A DNA stretch of 64,000 bases from NCBI RefSeq assembly GCF_009914755.1, contig NC_060938.1. One strand, written 5' to 3'. Shown here piece after piece: positions 59,371 through 64,000 of the stretch. The stretch is from the human T2T-CHM13v2.0 reference genome, Homo sapiens. A program made the position numbers and the translations under genes. Position 1 is the first letter of the stretch. Each line of letters begins with the position of its first letter. The notes beneath the pieces are model-generated. The model worked only from the letters and a program-made list of their open reading frames with translations. It was not told where the DNA came from and made no database searches.

Positions 59371-61009
59371 AAGATTAAGGGCAAAATAAAAGCTGCTCCC
59401 CTATATTACATTCATAAATCAGAATTATTAAAGCAAGCTATTTATTTATTACAAACACATACTCCAAATTTAGCATCTAAGACATGACAGCCTTTCAAGA
59501 GACATCAATTTACTTTTTAGGGTCTATAGCTATATTTGTATTCATGTTATTGGTGTCCATAATATTTCATTAGATGTTCTGGGTAAATTGATAAATGAAA
59601 ATAATGTATGTGATAAGGAGAACAACCTAGGTCTCCTGGAGGGCCCCTTACAACTCAGCTGGTGTTAGCAGAAATGCCTGGGTGTAACAGTGAGAAACAA
59701 CCTTTCAAAAGTATTGAGCAATTTTTCAGGCAGAGGAATATGTATGCCAATCCAGGCAGCAAGATAAGTGGAGGTCAGTTAAAAGATCAGTGTGTGATTA
59801 CATTTTTTTTTTAAGGTTTCTACTGAGAGGAAATATAACACTCAGTTATTATTTTCTCCGCATATCTCTGGTTATTTTGTCACAACTTTTTATGTAAGCT
59901 ACTACCAAACACTGGGTTATCCAAGATCTATGGGTCGTATTCAATATTTGCTTTTCCCTCAACTACTAACACGTTTGATTCCCTTTGTAACTTTCTCCCC
60001 TATTTCTCCTTTCAACCTGTTTTCTCCAACCACACTGAGTTAATAAGCCTCCTATATACTCTCATACCCTGTTTTATCTAAAGAGATTTCCTTTTTCTAC
60101 TATTATACCCATCTCATTCCTTAATTTATTTCTTCTTATTTCTCTCTCTATTTTTTACTCTTTTAGGCACAGCTCATGTCTCATGACTTTCAAAAAGTTT
60201 TTCTTCTGATATTCCCAGCTCGAATTAGGTACATCCTGATCAGTTTCCTTAGACTTACAAGTCTGCATATTATTGGCTTGCAATCTGTCTTAGGCTGGGA
60301 ATTAACTCCTTGTAGGCAGGGACTAGAATTTATTTCCTCTTATGTCCATAATGCCTGACACAGGAACTATTCTCACATACAAATTGTAGGGCCATAATTC
60401 CTGAGAACATATGTATATTTTAGTGACTCATAAAGGCTTGAAATACATTTTTAAAATGATTAATTGGGAAGTCCATGAACTTGACATCTTGATGTAGAAG
60501 AAAAGCAAGGGCAGATGAAGAAGTTATACAGGATACTTGAAATACCAGAAGAATATAATCAGAGAGCAATAAATTAATCCTAGATTTTTAGATGTGAAGA
60601 AGTTCTGAGAAATATTTGAAGACTTGGCTCTAGGGATGAGTACATAACAGAGGCCAGTAGCCAGACTCAGAGCTTTAAAGAGTGAAGAAATTGCATTGCA
60701 GGGGGAAGGACTGTTGTATACTAAATAGAAATTGTCATTAAATGGAAGACTAAGCAAGAGGCTGATGATCTGTGGATGAGAGACCAAAATGGTGTGGAGA
60801 TAGAGGTTAATGCCATAATCTACAAAGAAGATATTTTTGTGCCAGAAAGAAATAATAGGTCTAGAATGTAATAAAAGATAAATAGTTAACTACATTGTAA
60901 TGTGGTCTGAGAACTCACTGAAGGCATAGCCATTGATATTAACTTCCACTTTGCTTCCAGACAAAATATTTTAAATATCTTAAAAATTACATTTGATATT
61001 GTATGATTC

Positions 61010-61235
61010 ATCAAGACAGAAAGTAAAGCTGTAGTTGCCCTGGGGGGGTGGGGAATGGGGAGTCACTTTTAATGGGTACAGTATTTCAATTTTACAAGAC
61101 AAAAAGAATTATGGAGATGGGTGGTGGTGATGCTTGCACAACATTGTGAATACATTTAGTGACACCGAATTGTATACTTAACAATGGTTAAGATGCAAAT
61201 TGTTGAGTGTGTTTTGCCACAATTAAAAAACAGAA
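61010..61235 (+). mobile_element. L1MB-type extreme 3' fragment
   Basis: aatgggtacagtatttca...ggagatgggtggtggtgatgcttgcacaacattgtgaat...ttttgccacaattaaaaaa. Confidence 0.7.
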
Positions 61236-61839
61236 AACAATAGTATTTGAAGATATAGCCCATTTCATCTGGTAGCTAGCTGTATGTGTCTGCTCAGCTG
61301 TGGATAGATATTTATGCTGTTTCTGAACTGGAGGTTACTGGTATTCTCTAAGGTATAGGAAAATTGATCTTATGTGGCTAACTGAGGTGGATATAGTTGT
61401 ATCAGTCAGACAGTAATGATATAATCATGATAGTTTACATTTAACACAACTTACATGTGTTATACTTTAGAAAGCACTTCATAGATATTATTACTTCATA
61501 CCATTTTCCCCTTACCATATTTGTCTCTCCTTTCTCTGCTGACTTCACAAAATGTCTGTTCCACACTACTCAGTTCATCTCCTTATTTTGTCAAAATTTT
61601 AAGTATCAGAGTCTCCAAAAAAAAATTCCAGACAAGTCTCATCAGCTTTCGGTCATTGATTAATCGATGCCCTTAGAGGCTTTCCCTTCCCCTTCTCAAT
61701 TTAACATAGCTTCCCAATTCACTTGCCAGTAAAACAAAGTGGTTTATATGGTTTTGTATTTCTTCCTGCTGAATTATGAACATTTTTTCATATTGACATT
61801 GATTTCCATCTGGCCATGAAATACTCAAGGTGAAGACAA

Positions 61840-62080
61840 TGAAACAAAATTGTTAATATTTATCAAGAGCCAGGTACTGTTTTCAGTGTCCTAGAAGCAT
61901 AAACTAGTGTAATGCTCACCAGCTCATATGAGAGGCAAAAATGGATGAAACTATAAAACCAAGACACAGAGAGTTAAGGGAAATTTCCCAAGATCACACA
62001 GCCACTGAGGATATGAACTAGATTTTGACTTCAGGCTGTTTACCCCAGAACCTGTGCTTTCAACCGTCATTTGTACTGCT
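61840..62080 (-). mobile_element. MIR SINE
   Basis: ccaggtactgtt...gacacagagagttaagggaaatttcccaagatcacacagc...cccagaacctgtgctttcaacc, the MIR core. Confidence 0.65.
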
Positions 62081-64000
62081 TCCCTAAATTACACTTGAGT
62101 ACACTGTGACATCAAATTTCACCTATGACACTGATTATCTGGGGAACTTTGCAACTTATTCTGAATATGACTCAGTTTTCTTTTCTGTACAGAGGTAAAG
62201 TCAGTATATACTCCATAGATTTGTTATAAGGATTATATGACACAAGAGAAGGCTTTAAAAGGACTTGGAAAGCAATAAGCTTTTTTGTTTTCAATCATTT
62301 TTCAATAGGTTATCAGTGTTGTGAATGGTTCATGAAAAATGACTTTGGGCTCAGTGAGTAACTGAAATGTTGTTGTTTAATAGTGTGTTTAATATTAATA
62401 TAATAGTAACAAATGTTGTTATTGTTGAGTAATAGTTATTTGGCTTTTCGCTGCTTTTCTTTTCTAGTGTTTTAGTCAGAGACTTCTTAAGTCTCCTCAA
62501 GTGTGTACACATTTCTTAAATTTGTTAGAAAGTACCAAATTTAAGATATCTTGCATTTTTTTCTTCCTTAGTAAACACTAAATTCCATCACGCAGCAGAA
62601 AAAGGGCTCTGTTATTGTCGGTACAATGGTTTAATATTCACTTTTATTCCCTATATCATAGTTCTGATTTAATTACTATTTAGAATAAAACTTGTTCCTT
62701 ATTATATGCATTCATAATTATAAAATTTGTGTTTTAATGCCTTCTACAAATATACTGTGCTTTTCTTTATTTCCTTATATCTTTTACTGTTGCATGATCC
62801 TGGTATTTGAAATCTCATTAAGTGTTGTTTGGGGATTTGCTGGGAATGTCATCTACATAGTAATGTCTCAAGTTTGTAGCATCTTTAAAACATAATAGGA
62901 GATGGAATTCACAGCAGAGTAATAAGCCTCCCACTTTAGGCAATATATTTGTGATTGACATGACTTTATTCCCAGAGGGCAGTTAGCAACACAATATTAT
63001 GGCTATGTGTACAAGGAAAACAAATTTTAAAAATCTCCTTTAAAAAAAAACAGTTCCCAATCCTAACCAGTATCATGCACAGAATCCGTTTCCACCTCTT
63101 CATATGGAAGCAGCTCTGGGTGGACATCTAGAAAGTTGGATAACTATTTATCACATATGATCTGCAAAGGGAGAGATTTACAAGAAAGTATTAAATTTGA
63201 TCCATAGGAAAGCAAAATCAAAAATCAATGAATTTTCCATTTGTAGTTTTCCCTAGGGGCTCTACTCTCAAGATGGCTTAAATGCATTAGAATTCAATGA
63301 CTAGGCACAATTGTTTGTTAGTGACATAAAAGCAAGGTAAGCATTTCTGCTTTATGAGTCCAAGCACAGGGACACTTGGTTTTCTTTGGAAGGATATCAT
63401 AAAGGCAATGTTTATGAGTAATCCCTCATTGTCTTTTCTTCTGTAGCATTCAATGCTATGTACTAAAATTTAGAAATGAAAACTACTTAAAGACCACCTG
63501 CTAAGTTTCATGCATTTCAAATTCTCAGATCCTGAGTGTTTAAATATGTCTGTATTTCTTCATGAAAAAAACATAATCTTTGCCAAGTTAGAAAAAGAAA
63601 AACTCATATTCCCATTTTTAACTAAAGGTAATCAGAAATTTGGACAGTTTTTAGCCTTCAATACATTATGTAATTTGGGTAACAGGCTGAATAAAAGTAA
63701 GGAACTTCAGTTAAATTCAGAGAGAAGCTAGTAATTATTTCTAAGACTCAAATGTATAGAACAGATCTCTGATATTAAGGATAAGACCCTCAAAGGTGAC
63801 CCAAAATGGGTAATTGTGGGATTATTTTAGGAGGAATCATCATATATTCTTACTGCTATAAATACAGTCAAATGTCAGATAAATATACTCCACTGAAATG
63901 TTTTCTAGGAATGATGTTGGAACCAATGTTGGTAATTTTGAAAGTCATGGAGAGGATTTCAGATGATAGAAGTCGGGCAAATATCCCAGGTTTAATAAAT

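Overview
Primate (very probably human) genomic DNA with no intact protein-coding gene; nearly all ORFs in the track are repeat-derived or chance. The left ~42.5 kb is a dense stack of retroelements: an MLT1 MaLR, a complete MER57 class I ERV (two LTRs, Leu PBS, PPT, GAAC TSD) carrying a MER52 LTR and Alus, an L1MA-type LINE, a minus-strand MER4-group ERV with a decayed env and a near full-length L1PA, and an HML-3 (HERVK9/MER9) provirus nested in an LTR14/HERVK14-type provirus nested in an L1. Within this stack lies a CpG-island promoter (~14.7-15.3 kb; ETS, YY1, GC-box, NRF1, ZNF143-like and E-box motifs) with canonical splice sites for a minus-strand spliced non-coding transcript. From memory, and unverified, it resembles the LINC00667/LINC00526 promoter duplicon. 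The right ~21.5 kb is AT-rich and Alu-poor, with old L1/MIR/Tigger fragments and two candidate + strand micro-exons. The most notable observations are: a 119-nt inverted templated copy of 2778-2896 at a junction (35440-35558) that truncates three proviruses; an 8 x 35-bp array with one SOX motif per unit; and a 42-bp repeat giving a Trp/Lys-rich 88-aa ORF in the putative transcript. I found no convincing new multi-gene system. Repeat subfamily names are from recall of consensus sequences, and many boundaries are approximate.
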